A stretch of 64,000 nt of DNA from Promethearchaeota archaeon (GTDB lineage: Archaea; Asgardarchaeota; Lokiarchaeia; Sigyniarchaeales; SOKP01), in NCBI GenBank assembly GCA_030599585.1, contig JAUVNS010000003.1, positions 306,491-370,490 of the forward strand. Direction: 5' to 3'. The position numbers were made by a program, and so were the translations under genes. The notes below the pieces were generated by a model. It made no database searches, was not told where the DNA came from, and was given only the letters and a program-made list of their open reading frames with translations. Of this stretch, positions 10,615-20,736 are shown piece after piece. The stretch's first letter is position 1; each line of letters starts with the position of its first letter.

Positions 10615-11778
10615 ATGTCAATGAGAAAAAATATCGGTTTTGTTTTAGCTTCTAAATTATTTGGTGGAGCAGAAACAATAGTTAAGGAAATTCTACGAAA
10701 AATAAATCTTCATGAATTTAATGTATATCTATTCATCGATAAAGATCTTATAAAATTTTTCAAAGATCTTTCGAATATTAAAATAATTAATCTAGGAGAT
10801 TTAAGAACCGCTTTACCATTTCATCCAACTATTTTTATTGCGAGAAAGATTCTTTTAAAAAGTGTTAAAAAATATAATATTTCACTTCTAAATTTCCATT
10901 TACCTCATTCACTCTTCCTAAAAAAAGATAATAAAATAATTAATATCTTTACAATTCACGGAACAAAGTACTTAGATCCTGTTTTTTTTAAATCAAATCA
11001 AGCTAAGTATAACTATAAGTCAATAAAGAATATCTATTTTTTGATAAGATATTATTTTGAAAAATGGATATATATAAAACAATTAAAGAAAACTGATTTT
11101 ATAATCTCTGCGTGTGACTTCTTCTTAGATTTATTATCTAAAAATGGAATTAAGAATAAGAAAGTGAAAATTGAAAATGGCGTTGATTTATCTATCATCA
11201 AAAATCGTAAAAAGATATTGAAAAATCGAGAAGCAATAAGAATATTTTATTCCGGGGGGTCCCGTAATGTAAAGGGTTGGGATATTTTACTAAAGGCAAT
11301 TAACAAAATAGCTAAAAAGAGCTATAGCTTTAAAATATTCTTTCTTAGGGAAGTCCCTAAAAGTCATACTATTAGAAAGTATGTTAAGAGCAAAAAATTA
11401 CAAAATTACATTGAATTTATTGGTTTTTGTAAGCGAGAAAAATATTTAGATTATATGTATAGCTGTGATTTTGTGTGCTTACCATCATATATTGAAGGAA
11501 TTGCTGCTTCGTTGATGGATTGTCTTGCTTTAGGAAAGCCAATTGTGACTACTAAGGTTGGAGGGACGCCCGAAGTCATAAAGGATGGAGTAAATGGTTT
11601 TCTATGCCAGCCAACTAGTTCAAGCCTTGCTAAGACATTAGAAAAAGCCTTAAAAAACAAACAAAAACTTGAAGAGATGAGCAATAATAACCTTGAGAAA
11701 GCCATCGATTATAGTTGGGATCTGGTTATCAAAAAGTATGAAAATCTATTTAAAAAAATTATAAAAAATTGGGTATAA
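10615..11778 (+). CDS. Glycosyltransferase family 4
   Basis: GGAE, IENGVD, KGWDIL, LPSYIEG, GGTPEVI..G.NG. Confidence 0.9.
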   Translation: MSMRKNIGFVLASKLFGGAETIVKEILRKINLHEFNVYLFIDKDLIKFFKDLSNIKIINLGDLRTALPFHPTIFIARKILLKSVKKYNISLLNFHLPHSLFLKKDNKIINIFTIHGTKYLDPVFFKSNQAKYNYKSIKNIYFLIRYYFEKWIYIKQLKKTDFIISACDFFLDLLSKNGIKNKKVKIENGVDLSIIKNRKKILKNREAIRIFYSGGSRNVKGWDILLKAINKIAKKSYSFKIFFLREVPKSHTIRKYVKSKKLQNYIEFIGFCKREKYLDYMYSCDFVCLPSYIEGIAASLMDCLALGKPIVTTKVGGTPEVIKDGVNGFLCQPTSSSLAKTLEKALKNKQKLEEMSNNNLEKAIDYSWDLVIKKYENLFKKIIKNWV

Positions 11779-11814
11779 TTCAAATCTATATGTGAAAATA
11801 ATGAAAACATCAAA

Positions 11815-13053
11815 ATGAAGAAAATTAAATATCTCATACTAGGTGCTGGAATTAGTGGTTTATCATTTGCATATTATTTAAAAAGGGATGACTATCTAAT
11901 TCTAGAAAAAGAAAACATACCTGGAGGTCTACTTCAGACAATAAAAAAGCAAGGGTTTACATGGGACTATTCAGGTCATTTTCTTCATTTCAAGAATGAA
12001 ATATTGAAAAAAAATATAGAGACTTTAATGGGAGAAAAATTATTACATATTTCACCCAAAATAACAAGTATATATTATAAAGGTAGATTTATAGATTATC
12101 CCTTTCAAAAGAACATTCATCAACTGAATAAAAGTGATTTCATCGATTGTATTTATTACCTTTTTAATAAAAAACCTAAAGCTAAATATTCTAATTTCAG
12201 AGAGATGCTCCTAGGAAAGTTTGGAAAGGGAATTTGTGAAAAATTTCTATTTCCATACAATGAAAAACTGTATTCAACAGATTTAAATAATTTAGATGCA
12301 GCCGCGATAGGAAGATTTTTTCCTGACACAAATATTAAAGAAATCATAGAAAATTTTAAGAATCCTGAAAATTCATCCTATAATACTTCATTTATTTATC
12401 CTAAAGATGGAATTTATTCTTTTTTAGAATTATTTATTAAAAATTTAATTAAGATTAAATCAAATGAGGAAATTAGAGGAATAAATATTAGTAATAAAAT
12501 TGTTAAAACTAAAAAAGAGGAATACAAATACAAATTTTTAATTAATACGATTCCATTAAATGAATTCTTAAATCTGTGTAATATTCAAACCAATAATATT
12601 TTAAATCATAATAAAGTATTAGTGTTTAATCTAGGATTTGATTCTGAATCAAATTTTAAAAATCATTGGATCTATTTCCCTGATAAAAATATTTCCTTCT
12701 ATAGAGTTGGTTTTTATAATAATATTTTGAATGAAAACCTATTATCTTTATATGTAGAGATTGGTTTTAAATCAAAAAAATTGGTGGATATTAAATCTTA
12801 TAAGAAAAGAGTATTATATGACTTAAAAAGGGTTGGCATAATCGAAAATCATAATTTACTAGCTGATCATCATGTTATAATAAATCCAGCATATTGTTTT
12901 ATTTCAAAAGATTCAAAAAAATTCGTTTCTAAAATTGAATCCTATCTTTCAAATAATAATATATATTTGTGTGGAAGATATGCACAATGGATATATTGTT
13001 CAATCGAAGATAATATTATTAGAGCAAAAGGTTTAGCCAATAAGTTATCTTGA
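11815..13053 (+). CDS. FAD-dependent oxidoreductase (protoporphyrinogen-oxidase / UDP-galactopyranose-mutase-like, LPS-locus type)
   Basis: GAGISGL FAD motif, GFTWDYSGH, PYNEKLY, F.YP..G, GRYAQW.Y. Confidence 0.75.
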   Translation: MKKIKYLILGAGISGLSFAYYLKRDDYLILEKENIPGGLLQTIKKQGFTWDYSGHFLHFKNEILKKNIETLMGEKLLHISPKITSIYYKGRFIDYPFQKNIHQLNKSDFIDCIYYLFNKKPKAKYSNFREMLLGKFGKGICEKFLFPYNEKLYSTDLNNLDAAAIGRFFPDTNIKEIIENFKNPENSSYNTSFIYPKDGIYSFLELFIKNLIKIKSNEEIRGINISNKIVKTKKEEYKYKFLINTIPLNEFLNLCNIQTNNILNHNKVLVFNLGFDSESNFKNHWIYFPDKNISFYRVGFYNNILNENLLSLYVEIGFKSKKLVDIKSYKKRVLYDLKRVGIIENHNLLADHHVIINPAYCFISKDSKKFVSKIESYLSNNNIYLCGRYAQWIYCSIEDNIIRAKGLANKLS

Positions 13054-13282
13054 TTTTTTTATGAGGTTGTTTTAAATAACTTATTGTTTGAGTATTTCCG
13101 TTTTTTTACATTATAATAAATAGTTAAACCAAAAGGTAATATTTTTTAAAGCACATTAATAAATTTCCTTCATTAAAATATTTTTATTCTTTACACTTCT
13201 AAATAAGAAACATTAGGGTTGAAAAAAGCTTAATTTTTAATCGATCAAAACTTTAAAAATTTAATTTATATCAATAAGATTT

Positions 13283-14800
13283 TTGATTCATGATAAAACC
13301 GTGAAGGAAAAATTTATTTTTACCTTATTTTCTCAACTTATTTCAAATTTTGCTAATGTAATCTCTCATTATTTCTTAGCTTTATTTCTAGAGATAGAAC
13401 TTATGGGAGCTTGGGCATTATTAAATAGTATAATTAATTTAGGTTTTATATTTGTTAATTTGGGGATTGATTCTATACATTTTCAGTATTCAGGGAAAAA
13501 GAATTTTGATTCATATTTTGGGTCTTATTTATTTATCAAATTATTTTTAATTTTCTTAAATTTGGTTTTTTCTATTTTTCTAATATTCATATTTCAAATA
13601 AATAATGCTATCTATTTGGTTTTATTTTTATGCTTATCAAAAATATTTATCAACCTCTCTAACATATTCATAATTAATCTTAAAGCAAGATTAAAAATTT
13701 TTAAAAGTGAGATTCCATTTTTTCTTGCAGCTTTATTTAAAGGTATTTCAGTATCATTAATTGCTCTTAATCTTAATTTTGTGTCATCTATAATTAATCC
13801 CTTAATATTAATATCAATATCAAATTGCATTTTTGATTTCTTATGTTTTCTATATTTAATTGTTATTTCTAAATTTAATATTGACTTCAACAAACCAAAA
13901 AGAAGAATTATATTAAAATATTTGAGAGATGCAAAACCTTTAATGTTATATACCATTTTTTCCATAATTTCTGCAAATATTGGTAATATAATCTTAGATT
14001 ATAATTTCGGGGAAACTTCTTTAGCAAATTTTTACATAATAAATTCATACATTATTCATGCGTTAATTTTTATATCAGGGAGTATAATTACTCTGTATTT
14101 AACATATTATTCAAAACTTTTCGAATCTGGAAATTTTAGACTTATTGAAAAAATTACACATATTGTTGAAAAATTCTCTTCCATTTTCTTTTCAATGATT
14201 TTGATATTTGTTTTTACCTTAAGTGATATTTTATTTTACATATTTTTACCCAATTACCTTGATTCAATTCCAATCTTACTTATTTTAATTTTTATACCTT
14301 ATGCACACGGAATTACTCGACCATATGGTCTACATATGATATCTGGAAAAAAACAAAAAATATCCGCATATTGGGAGAGCTTAAATAGTATATTCGCTAT
14401 TCTATTGATGATTTTACTTATTCCAAATGAATTTTTTTTAATTCCATTTTTGGGTTTAGGATCTATAGGATACGCTCTTGCATTAACTATTCCTCCATGT
14501 TTATCGGTATTTGTATGTCGTTTTTTTTCAAATAAATTCTTTAAGATAAAATCTCAGAGAGAAGTAATATATCATCTAATTATTGCTTTTTTGAATATAG
14601 CTCTTCTAATTTTAATCCGACAATTTTTAGAGTTTCTTCACTTGAATATTCTGTACATTCTTCTTATAATCACTATTTTAGGGATATTCTTCTTTATGGG
14701 TCCATTAGTTATTTTTAGATTTTTTACAATAGAAGATTTAAATTTTCTCAAGAGTTTACTAAAATTCGATTCGTATAAAAGTTCTTATCTTGAAGAATAA
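13283..14800 (+). CDS. Oligosaccharide flippase (Wzx/MOP superfamily)
   Basis: About 12-14 TM segments, N-terminal 'LGI' pattern, 'GLGSIGYALA'; glycan-locus context. Confidence 0.75.
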   Translation: MIHDKTVKEKFIFTLFSQLISNFANVISHYFLALFLEIELMGAWALLNSIINLGFIFVNLGIDSIHFQYSGKKNFDSYFGSYLFIKLFLIFLNLVFSIFLIFIFQINNAIYLVLFLCLSKIFINLSNIFIINLKARLKIFKSEIPFFLAALFKGISVSLIALNLNFVSSIINPLILISISNCIFDFLCFLYLIVISKFNIDFNKPKRRIILKYLRDAKPLMLYTIFSIISANIGNIILDYNFGETSLANFYIINSYIIHALIFISGSIITLYLTYYSKLFESGNFRLIEKITHIVEKFSSIFFSMILIFVFTLSDILFYIFLPNYLDSIPILLILIFIPYAHGITRPYGLHMISGKKQKISAYWESLNSIFAILLMILLIPNEFFLIPFLGLGSIGYALALTIPPCLSVFVCRFFSNKFFKIKSQREVIYHLIIAFLNIALLILIRQFLEFLHLNILYILLIITILGIFFFMGPLVIFRFFTIEDLNFLKSLLKFDSYKSSYLEE

Positions 14801-14942
14801 TCTACATTTTAGATTTAGTTTTACAAGTAAACCTATTGAAGTCCATTTTCTTCAATTATAACCCGTTTTAATTTCTATTTAAATTTCAAATAATAAATCA
14901 ATGAAACTGAAAATTAGGAATAAAAAAAATAGAAAAAAGAAA

Positions 14943-15617
14943 CTAATGATCTTCCTTTTTAATTTCTTTTATTGCAAAACTTAGATTTCTATGAGATTCA
15001 TGAGTCAAATAAATAAATTCCCAATTATATTTTTTACAAAATTGATTTACTGCTTGAACAACCCCATAAGAAAAGCTCTTTATAATGTTTCCTTTACAAT
15101 AATCATGTCCAGTTATAAAACCTCCACTTTTAACCTTCAATCGAGAGATTAATAATTCATTTAATGTTTGATCATATTGATGAGATGTGTCAATATATAC
15201 CCAATCAAAATAATTATTGGGAAATTTTTTTAATTCATTTTCAGATCTTCCATTCAAAATTACGATTTTTCTTGATTTAATTTGATCTTCAAATCTATTT
15301 TGAACATATTCCTTTTTTGATTTATTATATCTTTCTGATTTCCAAATATCAATCAAATAAAGCTTTTTAGGTTTGGAATATTTAAGAATTTTGTTTGAAA
15401 AATCACCTTTATTAACTCCCAATTCTGCAACTATTCCATTCTTAGGAATGTTTTTTAATAGTTCAATTCTATCAAGAATTACTTTGAGATTCTTAATATG
15501 TTTATTATTTAATTGAGATCCACCATTACTTTTTTCAGTCCTTGACAATTTAGTAATCGTAAATCCAAATAATTTTGCTATTTTTTGAATTAATCTTATA
15601 ATATAATGATAGATCAT
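14943..15617 (-). CDS. Class I SAM methyltransferase (Methyltransf_24-like)
   Basis: AELGVNKG, LIDIW, DWVYIDTSHQY, GGFITGHDY. Confidence 0.85.
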   Translation of the reverse strand: MIYHYIIRLIQKIAKLFGFTITKLSRTEKSNGGSQLNNKHIKNLKVILDRIELLKNIPKNGIVAELGVNKGDFSNKILKYSKPKKLYLIDIWKSERYNKSKKEYVQNRFEDQIKSRKIVILNGRSENELKKFPNNYFDWVYIDTSHQYDQTLNELLISRLKVKSGGFITGHDYCKGNIIKSFSYGVVQAVNQFCKKYNWEFIYLTHESHRNLSFAIKEIKKEDH

Positions 15618-15933
15618 ATTTAATTTAAAGAATGAATCTTTTTCAATTTATTTAAGTATTAAATTCTTTTTACTTTTTAACCTATTATAGTTTAATGGAA
15701 CTTTAAGATCTTTCCGCTTAAGAAAATTCAGGTTGTTTAAAAAAGTGCTGGAAAAGATCCGCTATACTATATTTGAGGGTGGAGAGATTAACCAAAATTA
15801 TAGTATAAAATATTAATATAAAAATTATGAATGTAGAAAATAGTTAGAATTATCTTATGATAAGACATTCAAAAAAATTTAAATGATTATTAAATCTCTT
15901 TAGTATATTTCTAATTAATCTAGTTAATGTAAA

Positions 15934-16815
15934 ATGAGAGGTATAATCTTAGCGGGGGGCAGCGGATCAAGGCTTTATCCGATTACACAGGCAATTAGTA
16001 AACACCTCATTCCCATATATGACAAACCGATGATATATTACCCGCTATCTGTGCTAATGCTTGCGGGTATTAGAGAGATTCTAATTATTTCAACACCAGA
16101 ACATATTAATCAATATAAAAAAATCTTAGGGGATGGTAGTAGGGTGGGTCTTAAGTGTTTTTATAAGATTCAAAAAGAACCTAACGGACTGCCAGATGCT
16201 TTCATTGTTGGAAAAGAATTCATTTCAGGTGAAGATGTAGCTCTCATTCTTGGTGATAATGTATTTTATGGTCAAGGTTTCACACCTGTCTTAAGGGAGG
16301 CTTCGTTATTAAAAGAAGGTGCTCTAATCTTCGGTTATTATGTCAATAATCCTAAAGAATTTGGTGTTGTTGAATTTGATAAAAACACGAAAGTATTATC
16401 ATTAGAAGAAAAACCGTCTAATCCTAAATCTAATTATGCTATTCCTGGGCTTTACTTCTTCGATGAGAAAGTTGCAGATTTGGCAATGACTTTAAAACCC
16501 TCGCTAAGAGGAGAGCTTGAGATAATTGATTTGCTTAAAGAGTATCTTAAAAATGATAAATTGCGAGTACAGATATTAGGAAGAGGTTTCGTTTGGCTCG
16601 ATACGGGAACTTATGACGGTTTGTTAGAAGCATCAAATTTTGTAGGAACGATTCAAAAACGACAGGGATTATATATTGCATGTATCGAGGAAATTGCTTA
16701 TATGAAGGGTTATATTACCCGAAAAGATGTTCAAAATATTGCTGGTACCATCTCAAATACGGCATACGGGAACTACTTAGAAAAAATATCTAGTGACGAT
16801 TCAGAGCGAATATGA
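15934..16815 (+). CDS. rfbA: Glucose-1-phosphate thymidylyltransferase
   Basis: GIILAGGSGSRLYP, YDKPMIYYPLS, LILGDN, RGELEI, WLDTGT. Confidence 0.95.
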   Translation: MRGIILAGGSGSRLYPITQAISKHLIPIYDKPMIYYPLSVLMLAGIREILIISTPEHINQYKKILGDGSRVGLKCFYKIQKEPNGLPDAFIVGKEFISGEDVALILGDNVFYGQGFTPVLREASLLKEGALIFGYYVNNPKEFGVVEFDKNTKVLSLEEKPSNPKSNYAIPGLYFFDEKVADLAMTLKPSLRGELEIIDLLKEYLKNDKLRVQILGRGFVWLDTGTYDGLLEASNFVGTIQKRQGLYIACIEEIAYMKGYITRKDVQNIAGTISNTAYGNYLEKISSDDSERI

Positions 16816-16889
16816 GATTTTTTAAAGATTGAGGAAATAAAAATTTTTATTCAATAATTCAAAAAAAACCTAAAAATTGTTAAGAAATC

Positions 16890-17912
16890 ATGAAAGTATG
16901 TCTCGTTACTGGCGGTATGGGATTTATCGGATGTAATTTTATAAGATTTTTACTCGAAACTAATGAAGAAATAAGAATTATTAATGTAGATAAGCTAACT
17001 TATGCGGGAAACCCTGAAAACTTGAAAGATATAGATAAAACCTATGATTTTTCTTATAAATTCTATAAGGCTGATATTTGTGATTTTGATTTTATTGATA
17101 AATTAGTACGAAAAGAAACTGTCAATTTTATCATAAATTTTGCGGCAGAATCTCACGTAGATCGGTCCATAGATAATCCTAGTATATGCTGTGATACTAA
17201 TATTTTTGGCGCGCAAACTCTTTTAAATGTTGCTCGAAAGAATAAGATTGAAAAATTCCTACAAATTTCTACTGATGAAGTGTATGGATCATTAGGTTTT
17301 GAAGATCCTGCATTTACAGAAATAACTTCCTTATCTCCTAATAGTCCTTACTCTGCCAGTAAAGCATCAGCGGATCTTCTTGTTCGAGCATATTATAAAA
17401 CATTTGATCTTCCTATCAACATCACACGTTCCTCAAATAATTACGGTCCCTATCAATTTCCTGAAAAATTAATTCCGTTAATGATTCATAATGCTTTAAA
17501 TGATAAACCGTTGCCTGTTTATGGTGAAGGGATAAATATAAGAGATTGGATTCACGTAAAAGATAATTGCGAAGCGATTCTACAAGTCCTAAATTATGGA
17601 AAAATAGGTGAAATCTATAACATTGGCGGAGATTCTGAACTACAAAACATTGACTTAGTTAAGAAAATTTTAAAAATCCTTGATAAACCCGATTCTCTCA
17701 TAACTTTTGTAAAGGACCGACCTGGTCATGATTTAAGGTACGCAATAAATCATGAGAAAATAACAAACACACTTAATTGGGAACCGAAAATCAGTTTTGA
17801 TAAAGGTTTAGAATTGACCATAAAATGGTATTTGGATAATCAAAATTGGCTCGATAATGTGATTTCAAAAGAATATTTAAAATATTATGAAAAACTTTAT
17901 GGAAACCGATGA
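16890..17912 (+). CDS. rfbB: dTDP-glucose 4,6-dehydratase
   Basis: DKLTYAGN, AAESHVDRSI, STDEVYG, PYSASKAS, NNYGPYQFPEKLIP, DRPGHD. Confidence 0.95.
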   Translation: MKVCLVTGGMGFIGCNFIRFLLETNEEIRIINVDKLTYAGNPENLKDIDKTYDFSYKFYKADICDFDFIDKLVRKETVNFIINFAAESHVDRSIDNPSICCDTNIFGAQTLLNVARKNKIEKFLQISTDEVYGSLGFEDPAFTEITSLSPNSPYSASKASADLLVRAYYKTFDLPINITRSSNNYGPYQFPEKLIPLMIHNALNDKPLPVYGEGINIRDWIHVKDNCEAILQVLNYGKIGEIYNIGGDSELQNIDLVKKILKILDKPDSLITFVKDRPGHDLRYAINHEKITNTLNWEPKISFDKGLELTIKWYLDNQNWLDNVISKEYLKYYEKLYGNR

Positions 17913-17922
17913 ATCCTAATTT

Positions 17923-18849
17923 TTAATCAATTAATTTTAGAAATAAATCCTCAAGAGATGGTTCCACTTCCTTTATCTTAGTTATCTCATATTTCCCTAA
18001 AAGATTGAGGAGATTTTTATAATCTTTTCTTTCTTTTAGGTATACGAGAATATTTTCATTCATGTGATCGCTGTTCACTAATATGAAATCATGGTCTCGT
18101 AATTCAGATATCAATTCTTGTTTTTTAGTATCAAGGAAAATCTCGACAGTTATTCCAGGTCCTGCTAAATTCCTAATCTCATCTTGAGTCCATATTTTAA
18201 TTATTTTTCCATCTTTGATGAAAGCAATTCTGTCGCATAATTTCTCAACCACGGATAAATCATGGCTTGTGAAAATGACTGTACTTCCGACATTTTTGAT
18301 GATATCAATAAACAGGTTGACAGTCTTCACATCCAGCCCCCGCGTAGGTTCATCAAGAAATAAGATATAACGTTCCAATAATAAAGTTCGAGCTAATGCG
18401 AGTTTCATTTTCAATCCGCTTGAGAGATGCTCAACATATTGATTTAGCCATTTTTCGATTCCAAATAATTTTGACATTTCGAGAATCTTTTGCTCATATT
18501 TAGGAACTTGATATAACTTGCAAAAGAATTTTAGGTTGTCGTGAGCCGTTATTCTATGGTAAAGCATGTCACTCCCTAACATTAAAGCGATCTTTGATTT
18601 TATTTTCTTGGCATCTTTAATGAGATGATGCCCGTCTATAATCGCATAACCGCTAGTTGGATGGAGTAACGTAGTTAAAATCTGGATAAGTGTAGTTTTT
18701 CCCGCGCCATTTGGACCTAAGAGGCCAAAAATCTCCCCCTTTTTGATGGAAATATTTACATCTTTTAATGCATTTCTGTGTTTGTCTCTTCCTTTTAGGT
18801 GGTAGGTTTTTGATAAATCGAATGTTTCAATTAACGCATCTTTCGTCAA
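17923..18849 (-). CDS. ABC-2 type transporter ATP-binding protein
   Basis: Walker A GPNGAGKTT, signature LSSG, Walker B FLDEPT, SH switch, C-terminal PSLEDLF. Confidence 0.9.
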   Translation of the reverse strand: MTKDALIETFDLSKTYHLKGRDKHRNALKDVNISIKKGEIFGLLGPNGAGKTTLIQILTTLLHPTSGYAIIDGHHLIKDAKKIKSKIALMLGSDMLYHRITAHDNLKFFCKLYQVPKYEQKILEMSKLFGIEKWLNQYVEHLSSGLKMKLALARTLLLERYILFLDEPTRGLDVKTVNLFIDIIKNVGSTVIFTSHDLSVVEKLCDRIAFIKDGKIIKIWTQDEIRNLAGPGITVEIFLDTKKQELISELRDHDFILVNSDHMNENILVYLKERKDYKNLLNLLGKYEITKIKEVEPSLEDLFLKLID

Positions 18850-18882
18850 ATTTTAAGCACCATCGCTTTATACTCTAAAATT

Positions 18883-19716
18883 TTAATAACCTACTATTCC
18901 AAACTTATTATAAACTTTGTTAAAGATGTAAATTCCTATTAAAGGGACGATAATTGCGGTTCCGAGCAGGATGATGAGCTGGCGGGGGTAACTCGCTAAT
19001 GTTAGCAATATGTTATTTTCCGTCCATGTAATTCTGAGGATTTCAAAGATGTGATAGAAAGGATTCCACCATATTGCTTGTTGAATTTCTTGGGGGAATA
19101 TTTCAAATGGATATATCACACAACTGGCATAAAAAACAATTTGAATGCCAATAGAAAAGATACGCCAATAATTTTCCTTTGAGATAGCGAATACACCCAA
19201 AAAGAGACCAGCTCCACTGAAGATTAAATCAATTAAAAGATAAATGCATATAATTAGAATTATGGTCGGCAGCGAGATAGGAGATATTATAAATGTTAAT
19301 ACAAATAATGCAACGAAAGGAATTGCGATTATGATTAAATGAGAGAAAAAAACACCGAATAGGAGATGTACCTTGTTAAATGGAGCAATCATCAAAGCAG
19401 GCAATGTTTTCCAATACTTTTCGAGTCGAAAATTCTCTGGAAAATCTTGAATTATTCTTCGAAGTAATTCAATATTGAATGCTGTAAAAAGGAAGATAAG
19501 ATAATTCGTATTATTCCATTGTCCGAGATTGACATCCGCAACGAAAAATCTCATTAAAACGATTAAAGACATGAAGATCGGTAAGAAGGGGCTAAAAATG
19601 GAGTAGATAAGGTTAAATTTAAATCTTAGCTGGATTTTCACATTTTTTTCAGCAATAGCGAAAATTCGTGAAAAATTATACTTTAGGAACTCTCTGTTTA
19701 AGATTTTTTTGCGCAA
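18883..19716 (-). CDS. ABC-2 type transporter permease
   Basis: About 6 TM segments, 'YPFE.FP..IQ....WNP' motif, adjacent to the ATPase. Confidence 0.85.
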   Translation of the reverse strand: MRKKILNREFLKYNFSRIFAIAEKNVKIQLRFKFNLIYSIFSPFLPIFMSLIVLMRFFVADVNLGQWNNTNYLIFLFTAFNIELLRRIIQDFPENFRLEKYWKTLPALMIAPFNKVHLLFGVFFSHLIIIAIPFVALFVLTFIISPISLPTIILIICIYLLIDLIFSGAGLFLGVFAISKENYWRIFSIGIQIVFYASCVIYPFEIFPQEIQQAIWWNPFYHIFEILRITWTENNILLTLASYPRQLIILLGTAIIVPLIGIYIFNKVYNKFGIVGY

Positions 19717-19736
19717 TATAACTCAATTAAATTATT

Positions 19737-20714
19737 CTAATTCAAAATTAAATTTGTACCATACTTTTGGTCGTACCATTTTAAATAATCTTCTAATCCT
19801 TTTTCTTGGGAATATTTAGGTTCGAATTTTAACATTCGATTTGCCTTACTAATATCGGCGTAACTATGTAATATATCTCCGGGTCTTGGGTCTGTATATT
19901 TTATCTTTAAGTGTTCTTTATGCGTCAATTTTAAAAGTAGTGTTGCCAAGTTTGTTAAAGTAATCGGTAACCCAGCACCGATATTAAAGATTTCACCCGC
20001 TACATCTTGTTTGACTGCGAGTAGATTAGCTTGAATCACATCTTTAATATATGTGAAATCTCTTGAATTTTTGCCATCTCCAAATATTGTAAGGTCTTCA
20101 TCCCTAATGATATTCCCTAACCAAATTGCTATTACTCCACTATAGGTAGAATCTTTCTGTCTAGGGCCATACACATTAAAATATCTTAGAGAAGTTGTTT
20201 TTAATCCATAAACTTTATGATATGTTTGCATATATGCTTCACAAGCTAATTTTGCTACGCCATAAGGGGAGATTGGTATTCTACACATATCCTCTTTTTT
20301 TGGTAAGGTGGGAGTGTCACCATATACTGAAGAACTGGACGCGTAAATTATTTTCTCAACATCCATTCTCCGAGCTGCGTTTAAAACGTTTAAAACTCCA
20401 TTAACATTGACATCGTTACAATTTTCCGGCATTTTTACCGATTGAGGGACGCTCGTAAACGCAGCAAGATGATAGATGATATCGATATCTTCAAAAATAT
20501 CTAAGAGGAAATTTAAATCTCGAATGTCACCCTTATAGAACTTGAATTTATCGTACTTAAACGCCTTGTCTAAATTCTCCATCCTCCCATTAAATAAATT
20601 ATCTATACCAATAACTTCAGCGCCTTGTTCCAACAAGCTATCCGTTAGGTTGCTTCCAATGAAACCCGCTGCCCCTGTAACTACTATTCTCTTTTCTTTA
20701 ATATCAATTATCAT
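19737..20714 (-). CDS. UDP-GlcNAc/UDP-glucose 4-epimerase-like SDR (WbpP/TviC type)
   Basis: GAAGFIGS, SVPQSV, ASSSSVYG, PYGVAK, LRYFNVYGPRQ, RPGDI.HS.AD. Confidence 0.9.
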   Translation of the reverse strand: MIIDIKEKRIVVTGAAGFIGSNLTDSLLEQGAEVIGIDNLFNGRMENLDKAFKYDKFKFYKGDIRDLNFLLDIFEDIDIIYHLAAFTSVPQSVKMPENCNDVNVNGVLNVLNAARRMDVEKIIYASSSSVYGDTPTLPKKEDMCRIPISPYGVAKLACEAYMQTYHKVYGLKTTSLRYFNVYGPRQKDSTYSGVIAIWLGNIIRDEDLTIFGDGKNSRDFTYIKDVIQANLLAVKQDVAGEIFNIGAGLPITLTNLATLLLKLTHKEHLKIKYTDPRPGDILHSYADISKANRMLKFEPKYSQEKGLEDYLKWYDQKYGTNLILN

Positions 20715-20736
20715 ATCATTTCAATTATTTTTTTAA

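Noticed and set aside
15707-15759. Imperfect inverted repeat GATCTTTCC...GGAAAAGATC as a MITE
   Set aside because: Only about 9 bp, single copy, no target-site duplication.
17923-19716. Wzm/Wzt polysaccharide exporter
   Set aside because: The ATPase looks like a generic ABC-2 drug-exporter type (GPNGAGKTT, DEPT, PSLEDLF) and lacks Wzt hallmarks; the substrate is undetermined.
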